A stretch of DNA of 64,000 bases from contig JBFFIE010000002.1 of the NCBI GenBank assembly GCA_041556555.1, forward strand, positions 40,505 through 104,504, written 5' to 3'. The notes beneath the pieces are model-generated. The model was not told where the DNA came from. It worked only from the letters and a program-made list of their open reading frames with translations, and made no database searches. The first letter of the stretch is position 1. Every line of letters starts with the position of its first letter. Below, one piece after another: positions 37,403 to 47,265 of this stretch. The translations under genes were made by a program, and so were the position numbers. Source of the stretch: Gammaproteobacteria bacterium. GTDB lineage: Bacteria > Pseudomonadota > Gammaproteobacteria > Eutrophobiales > Eutrophobiaceae.

Positions 37403-38704
37403 ATGAAATACGTCCGAGTCAGGCAGGCTTTTCTGGGCTTGTTATTTACAGGTTATGGCACTGCCTTGATGGCGGCTCCACCAAGCGCGGAGGAGATGTG
37501 GGAGATCATTCAGGAACAGCAAAAAACGATTGAGGAACTCAAGTCCAAGCTAGAACAGACCGAAGAAAAGGTGACCGCAACCGAGTCCAAGGTGAAGGAG
37601 ACTGAGCAGAAGGTTGAAGCGACCGCTGATGCCGTTGAGCAACAGACTTATGGGACATCCACTGCGGGCTCCTGGGCCGACCGCACATCAATCGGCGGTT
37701 ACGGTGAGTTACATTATAACAATCTGAAAGACCAGGTCGGTGATAACGACCTGAACCGCGTGGATTTCCACCGCTTTGTATTGTATTTCGGGCATGAATT
37801 TAACGATGACATCCGCATGTTCTCTGAAATCGAGATCGAGCATGCCCTGGCTGGTGACGGTGCACCGGGAGAGGTAGAACTAGAGCAGGCCTGGGTTGAA
37901 CTCGATATGAACAATCAGCACCGGCTGCGTGCAGGTCTGGATATCCTCCCTATTGGAATTATTAATCAGATCCATGAACCTAATACCTTTTATGGCGTCG
38001 AGCGTAATCGGGTGGAAACCGAGATCATTCCGACCACCTGGTGGGAGGCCGGTCTGGGTTTTATCGGCGAGCTGGCACCGGGTTGGAACTACGACGTGGT
38101 TGCCCACTCGGGACTTGCGGTACCGACCAACGGCAGCAGTGCCTTCCGTCCCCGTAGCGGCCGCCTGAAAGTTGCAGAAGCCGATGATCAGGGCCTGGCG
38201 TTGACCGGTCGACTCCGTTATACCGGTATTCCCGGATTGGAGCTGGGTGTTTCTACACAATATCAGAACGACATTACCGGCACGGCCGATAATCTGGATA
38301 TTTCTGCTACCTTCGTCGAGGGTCATGTCGACTACAAGCATTCCAGCGGTCTTGGTCTACGCGCCCTCTATGCCCGCTGGGATATGGAGGATGGCGGCCC
38401 GACAGGCCCGGTGGCCTTTAATGCCGAGACACTCGCTGGCTGGTACATAGAACCTGCCTATCGGTTTGCGGTGCCTAATGGTGTTCCCGGGGAGCTTGGT
38501 ATTTTTGCACGCTATGAGAATTACGATGAACGCAATCAACTGACTCCGCATCGCTTCGAAAACTATGATCGCTATCTGGCCGGTGTGAACTGGTGGCCGC
38601 ATCCGAATGTGGTATTCAAGTTCGATGTACAGAAAGAGGATACGGATGGTCAGGTCGCTCGCCTGCTGGATGGCTTTAACCTTGGCCTGGGATACCAGTT
38701 CTAG
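37403..38704 (+). CDS. Outer-membrane beta-barrel porin with N-terminal periplasmic coiled coil (iron-locus porin)
   Basis: 433 aa. Signal peptide (ALMAAP), about 60-aa heptad coiled coil, and an amphipathic beta-strand domain ending in the GYQF C-terminal Phe signature. A Fur-box-like AATCATTAATCTTGCCATTCATT lies upstream. Confidence 0.65.
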   Translation: MKYVRVRQAFLGLLFTGYGTALMAAPPSAEEMWEIIQEQQKTIEELKSKLEQTEEKVTATESKVKETEQKVEATADAVEQQTYGTSTAGSWADRTSIGGYGELHYNNLKDQVGDNDLNRVDFHRFVLYFGHEFNDDIRMFSEIEIEHALAGDGAPGEVELEQAWVELDMNNQHRLRAGLDILPIGIINQIHEPNTFYGVERNRVETEIIPTTWWEAGLGFIGELAPGWNYDVVAHSGLAVPTNGSSAFRPRSGRLKVAEADDQGLALTGRLRYTGIPGLELGVSTQYQNDITGTADNLDISATFVEGHVDYKHSSGLGLRALYARWDMEDGGPTGPVAFNAETLAGWYIEPAYRFAVPNGVPGELGIFARYENYDERNQLTPHRFENYDRYLAGVNWWPHPNVVFKFDVQKEDTDGQVARLLDGFNLGLGYQF

Positions 38705-38803
38705 GTCTGAGGTGGCACAATCTACAGAATCAAAGCGACTGACGGCAAAGGGCGCATACATGCGCCCTTTGCCTATTTGGTAGCGGAAACCGATTTGAGA
38801 TCC

Positions 38804-39328
38804 ATGTATCGATATTTTCCCTTGATCATGCTCCTGATGGTCGTGACGCCCGTATACCCGGAAAGTGTTTATCAGGAACCGCAGGCCTTCATCGAAGAGG
38901 CGTTTGAAAATGCACCGCCAAAGGCCAACAAGCTCTGGCTCACAGAGGACCTGAAAGCGAGTGTCAAGGACATCCTCGGTCATGACATGGGTGTTTTGCG
39001 TTTGCGGTACTGGATGAAAGCGGGCCGAACCGTCTGGATCCTCGAGGAGATCGGCAAAGAGCGACCGATCACGACGGGTTTTGTTGTTGAGAACAATGAG
39101 ATCAAAAAAGTGAAAATCCTGATCTTCCGGGAAAGCCGTGGCTGGGAAGTGCGCTACCCGTTTTTTACGGATCAATTTAGCGGGGCCAGCTTACGGGGTG
39201 AGAATCTGGAGCTGGACCGACCAATTGATGGCATATCCGGCGCCACCTTATCCGTCAGTGCCGTGACCCGGTTGGCCAGGCTGGCACTGCTGTTTCACCA
39301 GCATGTGACGAAAGGCGGGTCAAGCTGA
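38804..39328 (+). CDS. Periplasmic FMN-binding domain protein (NqrC/RnfG-type FMN_bind)
   Basis: Signal peptide and the covalent-FMN motif RPIDGISGATLSVSA. Start set at MYRYFPL. Confidence 0.65.
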   Translation: MYRYFPLIMLLMVVTPVYPESVYQEPQAFIEEAFENAPPKANKLWLTEDLKASVKDILGHDMGVLRLRYWMKAGRTVWILEEIGKERPITTGFVVENNEIKKVKILIFRESRGWEVRYPFFTDQFSGASLRGENLELDRPIDGISGATLSVSAVTRLARLALLFHQHVTKGGSS

Positions 39329-39329
39329 C

Positions 39330-40058
39330 ATGCTGCTGCGAATCCTTCACCGTTGGCACCGCAGGTTTGGTATCGTTGCGGCTTTATTTGTAGTCATGCT
39401 GGTGGTTACCGGCCTGATGCTGAATCATACCGATGGTCTTAAACTCGACAGGAATTACATCCAGAATGATATGTTACTGGACCATTACAATATTAATCCA
39501 CGACAGGAACCCGTCACGATCCATGTCAACGGCAAATGGATCAGCCAGGTCGGTGAACGGCTTTATTTTAATGACAGGGAAATCAGGAAGAATGTCACAG
39601 AGCTGATTGGTGCCTTGACCAACGGCCAGGAGTTAATCATCGCCTTCGATGAAGAGTTACTGGTCGTCAATGATGAAGGAATCGTGATTGAAAGCCTGAG
39701 GGGTGTCCAGGGAGTACCGGCCGGCATGCGCGCTATTGGCAAGACTATTAACGGTAATATTGTGGTTAATGCGGCCCATGGTGATTACATTGTTAATCTC
39801 GATAGCACGGAATGGCATGAACAAGAGGACAGACTTGAAGCCGATTGGTCAGAGCAGGTCCCGCTGCCGGGCGAGCTCAGGGATGTCCTCTTGAAAAAAT
39901 ACCGGGGCCAGGGGTTGACCCTGGAAAGGGTGTTACTTGATCTGCACAGTGGCCGTATGTTCGGAACATTCGGTGTTTATATAGTCGATGCTGCCGCTTT
40001 ACTCTTTTTAATCCTGGCTTTCACGGGTGTATGGATGTGGATGAGCCGGCTCAAATAA
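39330..40058 (+). CDS. PepSY-associated TM helix protein (PiuB/FoxB-like, putative ferric reductase partner)
   Basis: 242 aa. N-terminal and C-terminal TM helices with His residues (LNHTDG, LDLHSGRMFG) typical of the PepSY_TM family. Confidence 0.7.
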   Translation: MLLRILHRWHRRFGIVAALFVVMLVVTGLMLNHTDGLKLDRNYIQNDMLLDHYNINPRQEPVTIHVNGKWISQVGERLYFNDREIRKNVTELIGALTNGQELIIAFDEELLVVNDEGIVIESLRGVQGVPAGMRAIGKTINGNIVVNAAHGDYIVNLDSTEWHEQEDRLEADWSEQVPLPGELRDVLLKKYRGQGLTLERVLLDLHSGRMFGTFGVYIVDAAALLFLILAFTGVWMWMSRLK

Positions 40059-40084
40059 CAGAACCCGTCACAGTATGACTTGAG

Positions 40085-41140
40085 GTGAATATGAAGTTGA
40101 TGAAATCAAAAACAGCGGAGCTCTTATTTTCGGGCCTGATGATAATTCTGGTAGGCATTACTTTTTCTGTTACGGCTGATGAGTCTGATAAGGTCATTAA
40201 TATTTACTCCGAGAGAAAAGAAGAGCTGATAAAGCCCTTGCTGGATCGCTTTTCTGAAACTACCGGTATTAAGGTGAATATGATCACTGCCAAGGGAGAT
40301 GCCCTGATCAAGCGGCTTGAGATTGAAGGTAAGAACAGTCCAGCGGATATTCTGTTGACGACGGACGTGGCAAGACTCTACCGGGCCAAGTCACTGGGAC
40401 TGTTACAGCCGATTGAGTCGGACCTTATAAAGGCCACAGTACCTGCAAATTTCCGTGACACCGAAAGCACCTGGTTTGGGTTGTCACTGCGTGCGAGGGT
40501 CATCGTCTATGCGCGCAATCGTGTCGACCCCGAAGACCTGAGTTCTTACGAGGCACTGGCTGATCCGGAATGGAAAGGCCGGGTGTGTGTCCGCTCGTCC
40601 TCCAATGCCTATAATCAGTCGCTGGTTTCCAGCATGATCGTTCATAATGGTCTTGAAGTAACCGAAGACTGGGCAAAGGGACTGGTCGATAATTTTGCCC
40701 GCCGGCCCAAAGGTGGGGACCGCGACCAGATCAAGGCCGTAGCCGTGGGTGAATGTGATGTGGCATTGGTAAATACTTACTACCTGGGTGGCATGCTACA
40801 TTCGGACATCAAGGCAGAGAAAGCTGCCGCAGAGAAAGTTGGTTTGTTCTGGCCTAACCAGTCCGGCCGTGGTGCTCATTTTAATGTCAGCGGTATTGGC
40901 GTAACCCGTTCGGCTGTGCATGTGGATGCTGCCACCCGCCTGATTGAGTTTCTATTGAATGATGAATCCCAGGCCTGGTATGCCGAGGCCAATTATGAGT
41001 ATCCGGTCAAACCAGGCATCCCGGCCAGCGCTACGCTGCAAGCCTGGGGTGATTATAAAGCTGATCCGATCAAACTCGACCAGTTGGGACAGCACAATGC
41101 CGAGGCCGTGAGGCTCATGGACCGTGCCGGCTGGAAATAG
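40085..41140 (+). CDS. fbpA: Fe(3+) ABC transporter periplasmic binding protein
   Basis: 351 aa. Signal peptide. FbpA/AfuA fold. Confidence 0.85.
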   Translation: MNMKLMKSKTAELLFSGLMIILVGITFSVTADESDKVINIYSERKEELIKPLLDRFSETTGIKVNMITAKGDALIKRLEIEGKNSPADILLTTDVARLYRAKSLGLLQPIESDLIKATVPANFRDTESTWFGLSLRARVIVYARNRVDPEDLSSYEALADPEWKGRVCVRSSSNAYNQSLVSSMIVHNGLEVTEDWAKGLVDNFARRPKGGDRDQIKAVAVGECDVALVNTYYLGGMLHSDIKAEKAAAEKVGLFWPNQSGRGAHFNVSGIGVTRSAVHVDAATRLIEFLLNDESQAWYAEANYEYPVKPGIPASATLQAWGDYKADPIKLDQLGQHNAEAVRLMDRAGWK

Positions 41141-41155
41141 CTGATGCCAGGGTAG

Positions 41156-42841
41156 ATGTCTACAACCGCCTCTGCAATGACGACCAGCCAGCGACACTTG
41201 CCGGGCCGGTCGCCAAGTGCAACAGTTTTGTTTGTGCTGGCATCATTGATCTCGCTGCCACTGCTGGTCATTGTCTTTTCCGTCTTCAATCCGGCTCCCG
41301 AAATCTGGAGGCATTTGCTGGATACCGTACTTTCCGAGTACATCCTGAATTCAATTAAACTGATGCTGGGTGTAGGTCTGCTAAGCCTGATACTGGGCAT
41401 TGTACCGGCCTGGCTCACGACCATGTTCCGGTTTCCGTTCAGCAAACAACTTGAATGGGCGTTGTTATTGCCACTGGCCATGCCGGCCTACATCATTGCC
41501 TATACCTACACCGGTGCCCTGGATGCCTCCGGGCCGATACAAACACTGATTCGGGATCTGACCGGGTGGGGATTCCGGGATTACTGGTTTCCTGAAATCC
41601 GGTCCATGGGCGGGGCGATCACCATGCTGGCGTTTGTCCTGTATCCTTATATATATCTGATCACCCGCGCAGCATTTATTAATCAATCGGTTTGTTCACT
41701 GGAGGCTGCACGCACACTTGGTTGCGGGCCCTGGAAAGTATTTTTCAGAATAGCCCTGCCACTGGCTCGCCCCGGTATTATCGTCGGGCTCAGTCTGGTA
41801 TTGATGGAAACTCTGGCTGACTACGGCACCGTTCAGTATTTCGGAATCTCGGCATTTACCACTGGTATCTTTCGGACCTGGTTTGGTCTGGGAAACAGTG
41901 CCGCCGCGGCGCAGTTGTCGGCATTGCTGATGGTATTTGTGGCGGTGCTGGTCTATGTTGAGTACTGGTCACGCCAAAAGCAACGTTATCATCACATCTC
42001 GACACGTTTCAGTAGTCTGGTGCAGAAGCCAATACATGGATACCAGGCCGTGATCGCCACAATCGTATGTAGCCTGCCCGTGATTGCCGGGTTCATAATC
42101 CCGGTTTGCTTCCAGGTGAACTGGGCATTGCTGACCTATGTTGATGTCATTGATTCGGCCTTTCTTACCCTGATTTGGCACAGCGTTCTGCTTGCGGGGC
42201 TGGCCGCAGTAATTGCCACTGCGCTGTCATTGTTCATGGCCTACGGCAAGCGACAGACCGCTTCCACATTTACCCGCCTGGCCGTCAATATGTCAGGCAT
42301 GGGTTACGCCATCCCGGGCACTGTCATCGCCGTCGGGGTAATGTTGCCTCTGGCCTGGGTGGACAAGATGGTAGACAGCTATTTCCGGTCCCACTTTGAT
42401 GTCAGCACGGGACTGATACTGAGTGGGACCCTGTTTGCCCTGTTGTTTGCCTACACGGTGCGTTTTCTTGCCGTGTCATTGAAGACAGTGGATGCCGGGC
42501 TGACGAAGATCAAACCATCCATGGAAGAGGCCGGGCGCAGTCTGGGCTTGGGCGAGTTTCGCCTGCTCAGGCAAGTTCATATTCCGATGATGCGCGGAAG
42601 TTTACTGGCCGCATTTCTCCTGGTATTTGTTGATGTCCTCAAGGAACTTCCGGCAACACTCATACTGCGACCTTTCAATTTTAATACCCTGGCCATCCGG
42701 GCCTATGAGTTGGCCAACGAGGAGCGCCTTGCGGATGCTGCCTGTCCCTCGCTTGCCATCGTGCTGGTCGGTATTATTCCGGTTATTTACCTGAGCCAGT
42801 CCATTTCGAAATCACGACCCGGCCATGAATTCAACGCTTGA
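41156..42841 (+). CDS. fbpB: Fe(3+) ABC transporter permease (fused two-domain)
   Basis: 561 aa. 12 TM helices and two EAA-like loops, typical of FbpB/HitB. Confidence 0.85.
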   Translation: MSTTASAMTTSQRHLPGRSPSATVLFVLASLISLPLLVIVFSVFNPAPEIWRHLLDTVLSEYILNSIKLMLGVGLLSLILGIVPAWLTTMFRFPFSKQLEWALLLPLAMPAYIIAYTYTGALDASGPIQTLIRDLTGWGFRDYWFPEIRSMGGAITMLAFVLYPYIYLITRAAFINQSVCSLEAARTLGCGPWKVFFRIALPLARPGIIVGLSLVLMETLADYGTVQYFGISAFTTGIFRTWFGLGNSAAAAQLSALLMVFVAVLVYVEYWSRQKQRYHHISTRFSSLVQKPIHGYQAVIATIVCSLPVIAGFIIPVCFQVNWALLTYVDVIDSAFLTLIWHSVLLAGLAAVIATALSLFMAYGKRQTASTFTRLAVNMSGMGYAIPGTVIAVGVMLPLAWVDKMVDSYFRSHFDVSTGLILSGTLFALLFAYTVRFLAVSLKTVDAGLTKIKPSMEEAGRSLGLGEFRLLRQVHIPMMRGSLLAAFLLVFVDVLKELPATLILRPFNFNTLAIRAYELANEERLADAACPSLAIVLVGIIPVIYLSQSISKSRPGHEFNA

Positions 42842-43874
42842 ATTAAAAAACGTCTCGGTTGCGATTGAAGGGCGCACGATCCTTGATTCTATTTCCTTTG
42901 ATCTGACCGAGGGGGATATCGGCTGTTTGCTGGGTCCCAGCGGTTGTGGCAAGACCACGTTACTGCGGACCATTGCCGGATTTGAGCAGCCGTTTGAGGG
43001 AGAAGTCTGGATCAGCGGCATCAGGGCCAGTGACAAACGCCACCTGGTGGCCGTTGAGCAACGTCAGGTTGGTATGGTGTTTCAGGATTTTGCCCTGTTT
43101 CCACACATGACAGTCAAGGAGAACATCGCCTTTGGTCTCACCGGGCTTTCCGGCAGGCACCGCAAGCAGCGCATCCGGGAGCTGGTCGATTTACTCAAAA
43201 TGGATGATTTCCTGAATAAATACCCGCATCGTTTGTCCGGTGGTCAGCAACAGCGGGTTGCACTGGCGCGCGCCATAGCCAGCCGCCCGCGGGTCTTGTT
43301 GCTGGATGAGCCGTTCGCCAGCATGGACATAGAATTACGTGAGCACTTGGCCCGGGAGGTTCGTGAAATCCTCAAGCAGGATGGCATGACTGCCGTGCTC
43401 GTTAGCCACAACCAGCTGGAGGCCTTTGCCATGGCAGATGTGGTTGGCGTAATTAACGATGGCCGCCTGTTGCAATGGGATACTGCGTTCAATCTCTATC
43501 ACCGGCCGGGCAATGCCTACATTGCTGATTTTATCGGCGAAGGGGTTTTTATCCCGGGTACGGTGATTGGGGAAAAATCAGTTGAAACGGAACTCGGGAT
43601 TATTTCAGGTTCTGCACCGTTGGCGGCCTTACCGGGCAGCCCGGTGAATGTCTTGATTCGGCCTGATGATATTTTGCATGATGATGACAGCACGATGACG
43701 GCCGTAGTACGTAAAAAGGCATTCAGGGGCGCTGAATTCCTTTATACCCTGGCACTGGATAGTGGGACGCAACTCCTGAGCCTGGTCCCGAGTCACCATA
43801 ACCATCCCGTGAATGAAGCCATCGGGATCCGTCTGGAAATCGACCACCTGGTTGTTTTCCCGCTAGAGGCCTGA
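42825..43874 (+). CDS. fbpC: Fe(3+) ABC transporter ATP-binding protein
   Basis: 349 aa. Walker A GPSGCGKTT, LSGGQQQRVALARA, Walker B LLLDEPFASMD, and a C-terminal TOBE-like domain. Confidence 0.9.
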   Translation: MNSTLELKNVSVAIEGRTILDSISFDLTEGDIGCLLGPSGCGKTTLLRTIAGFEQPFEGEVWISGIRASDKRHLVAVEQRQVGMVFQDFALFPHMTVKENIAFGLTGLSGRHRKQRIRELVDLLKMDDFLNKYPHRLSGGQQQRVALARAIASRPRVLLLDEPFASMDIELREHLAREVREILKQDGMTAVLVSHNQLEAFAMADVVGVINDGRLLQWDTAFNLYHRPGNAYIADFIGEGVFIPGTVIGEKSVETELGIISGSAPLAALPGSPVNVLIRPDDILHDDDSTMTAVVRKKAFRGAEFLYTLALDSGTQLLSLVPSHHNHPVNEAIGIRLEIDHLVVFPLEA

Positions 43875-43948
43875 TACAAGTATTTTTCCGCCTGAAACTA
43901 ACCCTGCTAAACTTGAGACACCAATAATAAAACACAAGAGTCAGAGTC

Positions 43949-44335
43949 ATGAGCAACATCCCGGACGATCTTAAATATTCTCCCGCACATACCTGGGTGG
44001 AATTGCTGGAGGACGGACTGGTCAGGGTAGGTATAACCGACCATGCCCAGACGGAACTGGGAGATATCGTTTTTGTGGAATTACCAGAGCTTGAAAAAAG
44101 TTACAGCGCCGGCGAGGAATGCGCGGTTGTTGAATCCGTGAAGTCTGCCTCGGATATCTATTGTCCGGTTTTGGGTGAAATCGTTGATATCAATAATGAA
44201 CTTGAAGACAATCCTGAAAAGATCAATGTTGACCCCTACGGCCTTGGCTGGATATTTATAATAAAGCCGGACGATGAAGCTGATCTGGATGAACTGATCG
44301 ATGCAACAGAGTACGCGGACCTGATTGACGAATAA
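43949..44335 (+). CDS. gcvH: Glycine cleavage system H protein (lipoyl carrier), standalone
   Basis: 128 aa. YSPAHTWVELLEDGLVRVGITDHAQ and lipoyl-Lys motif ESVKSASD. Confidence 0.9.
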   Translation: MSNIPDDLKYSPAHTWVELLEDGLVRVGITDHAQTELGDIVFVELPELEKSYSAGEECAVVESVKSASDIYCPVLGEIVDINNELEDNPEKINVDPYGLGWIFIIKPDDEADLDELIDATEYADLIDE

Positions 44336-44354
44336 GCCCGGAGGAGGAAACTAA

Positions 44355-44855
44355 ATGGCCAAAGTAACACTGCAGGGAAAAGAAATTAATACCAATGGCG
44401 ATTTGCCGGCGGTTGGTACAGATGCGCCGGATTTTGTTCTGGTTGATGGTAAGTTGAATGATGTCAGCCTGGCAGCCTATGCCGGCAAGAAGAAACTTCT
44501 TAACATTGTTCCAAGTCTGGATACCCCGACCTGTGCGACATCGACCAAGAAATTCAACGATGCGGCCAGGGATAACACAGATGCCGTCTTTCTGGTTATT
44601 TCTGCGGATCTACCCTTTGCCATGGGCCGGTTTTGTGGTGCCGAGGGTACTGACAATGTCATTCCGCTTTCGCTGATGAGATCCCGAAACTTTGCAAAGG
44701 ATTATGGTGTCTTGATTCAGGACGGCCCGCTGACCGGCATTACAGCGCGTGCCGTGGTCGTCCTGGATGAAAATAACAAGGTGCTATACACAGAACTGGT
44801 ACCGGAGATTGCAGACGAACCTGATTATCAGTCTGCACTTGCCGCACTCGGCTGA
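44355..44855 (+). CDS. tpx: Thiol peroxidase
   Basis: 166 aa. [12 protein letters not shown] peroxidatic Cys and resolving Cys in FCGAEG. Confidence 0.9.
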   Translation: MAKVTLQGKEINTNGDLPAVGTDAPDFVLVDGKLNDVSLAAYAGKKKLLNIVPSLDTPTCATSTKKFNDAARDNTDAVFLVISADLPFAMGRFCGAEGTDNVIPLSLMRSRNFAKDYGVLIQDGPLTGITARAVVVLDENNKVLYTELVPEIADEPDYQSALAALG

Positions 44856-44870
44856 TACATTCCAAAACCG

Positions 44871-45233
44871 ATGACAAGCCAGGGCACTAACGGCCTGAAA
44901 CGGCTGATAAAGGCATTTTTTTATTCACTGCAAGGCATCAGGGCAGCGTTCAAAAATGAAGCGGCCTTTCGCCAGGAAGTGTTTCTTAGTTTTATTCTGG
45001 TGCCGCTGGGCCTGTGGCTGGGTGATAACGGTCTGGAACGGGCCGTCCTTGTTGGCAGCCTGTTCTTGGTAATGATTACTGAATTAATCAACTCCGGGAT
45101 CGAGGCCGTCGTCGACCGTGTTAGTGTCGAGCATCATGAACTTTCCGGCAGGGCCAAGGATGTTGGATCCGCCGCTGTCCTGATTGCCTTGATCAATGTA
45201 ACTGTTGTCTGGATCCTGATTCTGTTTTTCTAG
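44871..45233 (+). CDS. dgkA: Diacylglycerol kinase
   Basis: 120 aa. 3-TM DgkA with ELINSGIEAVVDR motif. Confidence 0.85.
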   Translation: MTSQGTNGLKRLIKAFFYSLQGIRAAFKNEAAFRQEVFLSFILVPLGLWLGDNGLERAVLVGSLFLVMITELINSGIEAVVDRVSVEHHELSGRAKDVGSAAVLIALINVTVVWILILFF

Positions 45234-46289
45234 ATGCCTGTGATCCCTGGTTTTATCAGGCTGGCCTTGTGTATGCTTTGCCTGTTTGCCTTTGCTGAAA
45301 CAATCAAGGCTGACCCGCCGTTACCCGATGAAGCCTGGACATTTACGTTCCGGTTTGAAAATGACCTTTTTGCAGACACTGACAGGAATTACACCAATGG
45401 CCTGAAATTCAGCTGGATATCCCCGGACCTGGAACGCTTTCGTGACAGTGGCGTGCTGCCGGCATGGGCAAAAAACTGGATCAGCAAGTTGCCTTTCAGC
45501 GGTAAAGAGGGCTTGCAAAGAAACATCACCTTTTCCGTAGGCCAGTTGATATACACACCAACCGATATCGAACGACGCGACCTGATAGTTGATGACCGTC
45601 CCTATGCCGGCTGGCTGTATTCAGCCTTTTCGTTTCACAACAAGAGTTATCGGCACCTGGATACGATTGAGTTTCAGTTTGGTGTGGTCGGACCTTTATC
45701 CCAGGCCGAGGCGGCCCAGGACCTGATCCATGATTTGCGAAACATTCCCAAGGCCAATGGCTGGGATAACCAGTTAAAGAATGAACCTGGTCTGGTGCTG
45801 GTTTATGAGAACAAGTCCCGTGTTGTTCCGCTGAAAACCTTTGAAGGCTGGGGCTTCGATGCCATCACTCATTACGGCGGTGCGGCGGGAAATGTGTACA
45901 CTTATCTTAATACCGGTCTGGAGATGCGGTTTGGCTGGAACGTGCCTACGGATTTCGGTACTTCGCTGATCAGGCCCGGCGGTGAGACCAATGCACCCAC
46001 TGATAGCAATGATCCACGCTATACCAAGGTCGGACATGGCTTCAGTCTGCATGCATTCGCCGCTACATCTGCGCGCCTGGTATTGAGAGATATTTTCCTT
46101 GACGGTAACACCTTTCGTGACAGTCACAGTGTCGACAAGGAATGGCTGGTCGCCGATTTTGTATTGGGTTTAAGTATGATTATTGATCGTTTCAAATTCT
46201 CCTATGCCCAGGTGGTGCGAACAAAGGAATTTAAAGGTCAGGACAGTGGTCATAATTTTGGTTCAATCAGTTTATCGATTACCTATTAA
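45234..46289 (+). CDS. Outer-membrane lipid A deacylase-like protein (LpxR/DUF2219 family)
   Basis: 351 aa. Signal peptide, FENDLF...DRNYTNG N-terminal motif, beta-rich, ends in aromatic-rich strands. Confidence 0.55.
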   Translation: MPVIPGFIRLALCMLCLFAFAETIKADPPLPDEAWTFTFRFENDLFADTDRNYTNGLKFSWISPDLERFRDSGVLPAWAKNWISKLPFSGKEGLQRNITFSVGQLIYTPTDIERRDLIVDDRPYAGWLYSAFSFHNKSYRHLDTIEFQFGVVGPLSQAEAAQDLIHDLRNIPKANGWDNQLKNEPGLVLVYENKSRVVPLKTFEGWGFDAITHYGGAAGNVYTYLNTGLEMRFGWNVPTDFGTSLIRPGGETNAPTDSNDPRYTKVGHGFSLHAFAATSARLVLRDIFLDGNTFRDSHSVDKEWLVADFVLGLSMIIDRFKFSYAQVVRTKEFKGQDSGHNFGSISLSITY

Positions 46290-46307
46290 ATAATTACGGA
46301 GTCAATA

Positions 46308-46871
46308 ATGACAAGAACAAGTGTGGTTTGCTTTGGAATGGTTATATTCCTTGCTGGTTGTACGTTTAACAGGCTGGCCAGCAAGGTTGAACTTCAGGAG
46401 CCCACATTCAGTTATCTTCGCCATGAAGTGACTTCTCTTAATGAAACCAAGGCGGATGTTAATTTTATAATCAATGCTTATAACCCCAACCCGGTAGGGC
46501 TGAAAAACGTTTATGTTGATTATGCCCTGTTAACAGAGGGAAGCCAGTTTTTAAAGGGGCAGGGTCTGCCGTTGAAACTGAATCCTGCCGGGGATACGGA
46601 AATTACAGTGCCAACAGAGATCGTGTTTATTGAATTGATCAATTCACTGGGTCCGGTGGTAGAACGCATACTGAGGACCGGCGACTATTCTGTTCCGGTC
46701 ACTATTAATGGTGTGATATATGGCAAGCCCACGCTTTATGATGAATTCGAAGAGGGCACTTCATTGTTATCCTTTAACTGGGAATTCAGCCGTACAGAAA
46801 ACATTCCATTGCCGGAACAGCAGATTAAAAATTTTATTATGCAGATGATGTTGAAGCAGAAGATACATTGA
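46308..46871 (+). CDS. LEA14/WHy (late-embryogenesis-abundant type 2)-domain lipoprotein
   Basis: 187 aa. Lipobox FLAGC, WHy-domain-like beta sandwich (NPNPVGLKNVYVDYALL). Confidence 0.55.
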   Translation: MTRTSVVCFGMVIFLAGCTFNRLASKVELQEPTFSYLRHEVTSLNETKADVNFIINAYNPNPVGLKNVYVDYALLTEGSQFLKGQGLPLKLNPAGDTEITVPTEIVFIELINSLGPVVERILRTGDYSVPVTINGVIYGKPTLYDEFEEGTSLLSFNWEFSRTENIPLPEQQIKNFIMQMMLKQKIH

Positions 46872-47265
46872 TGGTGATCTCTTTGAAAGACTGATTTTCC
46901 AGCAAATAACATCGTATGTCTGGTACGGGACCAGCCAGAGAGATTATAAAATAATAAACATCGGGATAAGCGGCCAGGTCCCTGTCGGTTTTCGAGGGCA
47001 CTGCTACACTGTCCGGATGGCTATGATAGATTCCGGCCATGACTTCTGATCTTTCCCGCATGGTTCGTATGGCATCAATCTGTTCCTGCGGAGACATCAG
47101 AAAACGCCGTTCTTTTTCCTTATCGATATTCGTCACCGGATAGATCGAGGTCAGGGCATTATTTCTTGCGCCGAGCAGGCCGCACACCTCCACATCCGGT
47201 ACAGAGACGGCGTGATCGACCATCTCCTGCCAGAGTTCAGGTGGCAGCGCGATGACTTGCCTCAT
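46837..47265 (-). CDS. JAMM/MPN+ (Mov34) metalloprotease
   Basis: 142 aa. E...HSHPDSVAVPSKTD gives a complete JAMM motif (E, HxH, x7, S, x2, D). Overlaps moeB by 29 bp. Confidence 0.8.
   Translation of the reverse strand: MRQVIALPPELWQEMVDHAVSVPDVEVCGLLGARNNALTSIYPVTNIDKEKERRFLMSPQEQIDAIRTMRERSEVMAGIYHSHPDSVAVPSKTDRDLAAYPDVYYFIISLAGPVPDIRCYLLENQSFKEITINVSSASTSSA

Noticed and set aside
37880-38341. 153-aa minus-strand ORF inside the porin gene
   Set aside because: It is an antisense shadow of the porin barrel region.
38357-39175. 272-aa minus-strand ORF overlapping the porin 3' end and the FMN-binding gene
   Set aside because: The plus-strand frames carry a beta-barrel GYQF terminus and the covalent-FMN motif IDGISGATLS. 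The antisense translation has no domain, and its odd composition suggests a shadow ORF.
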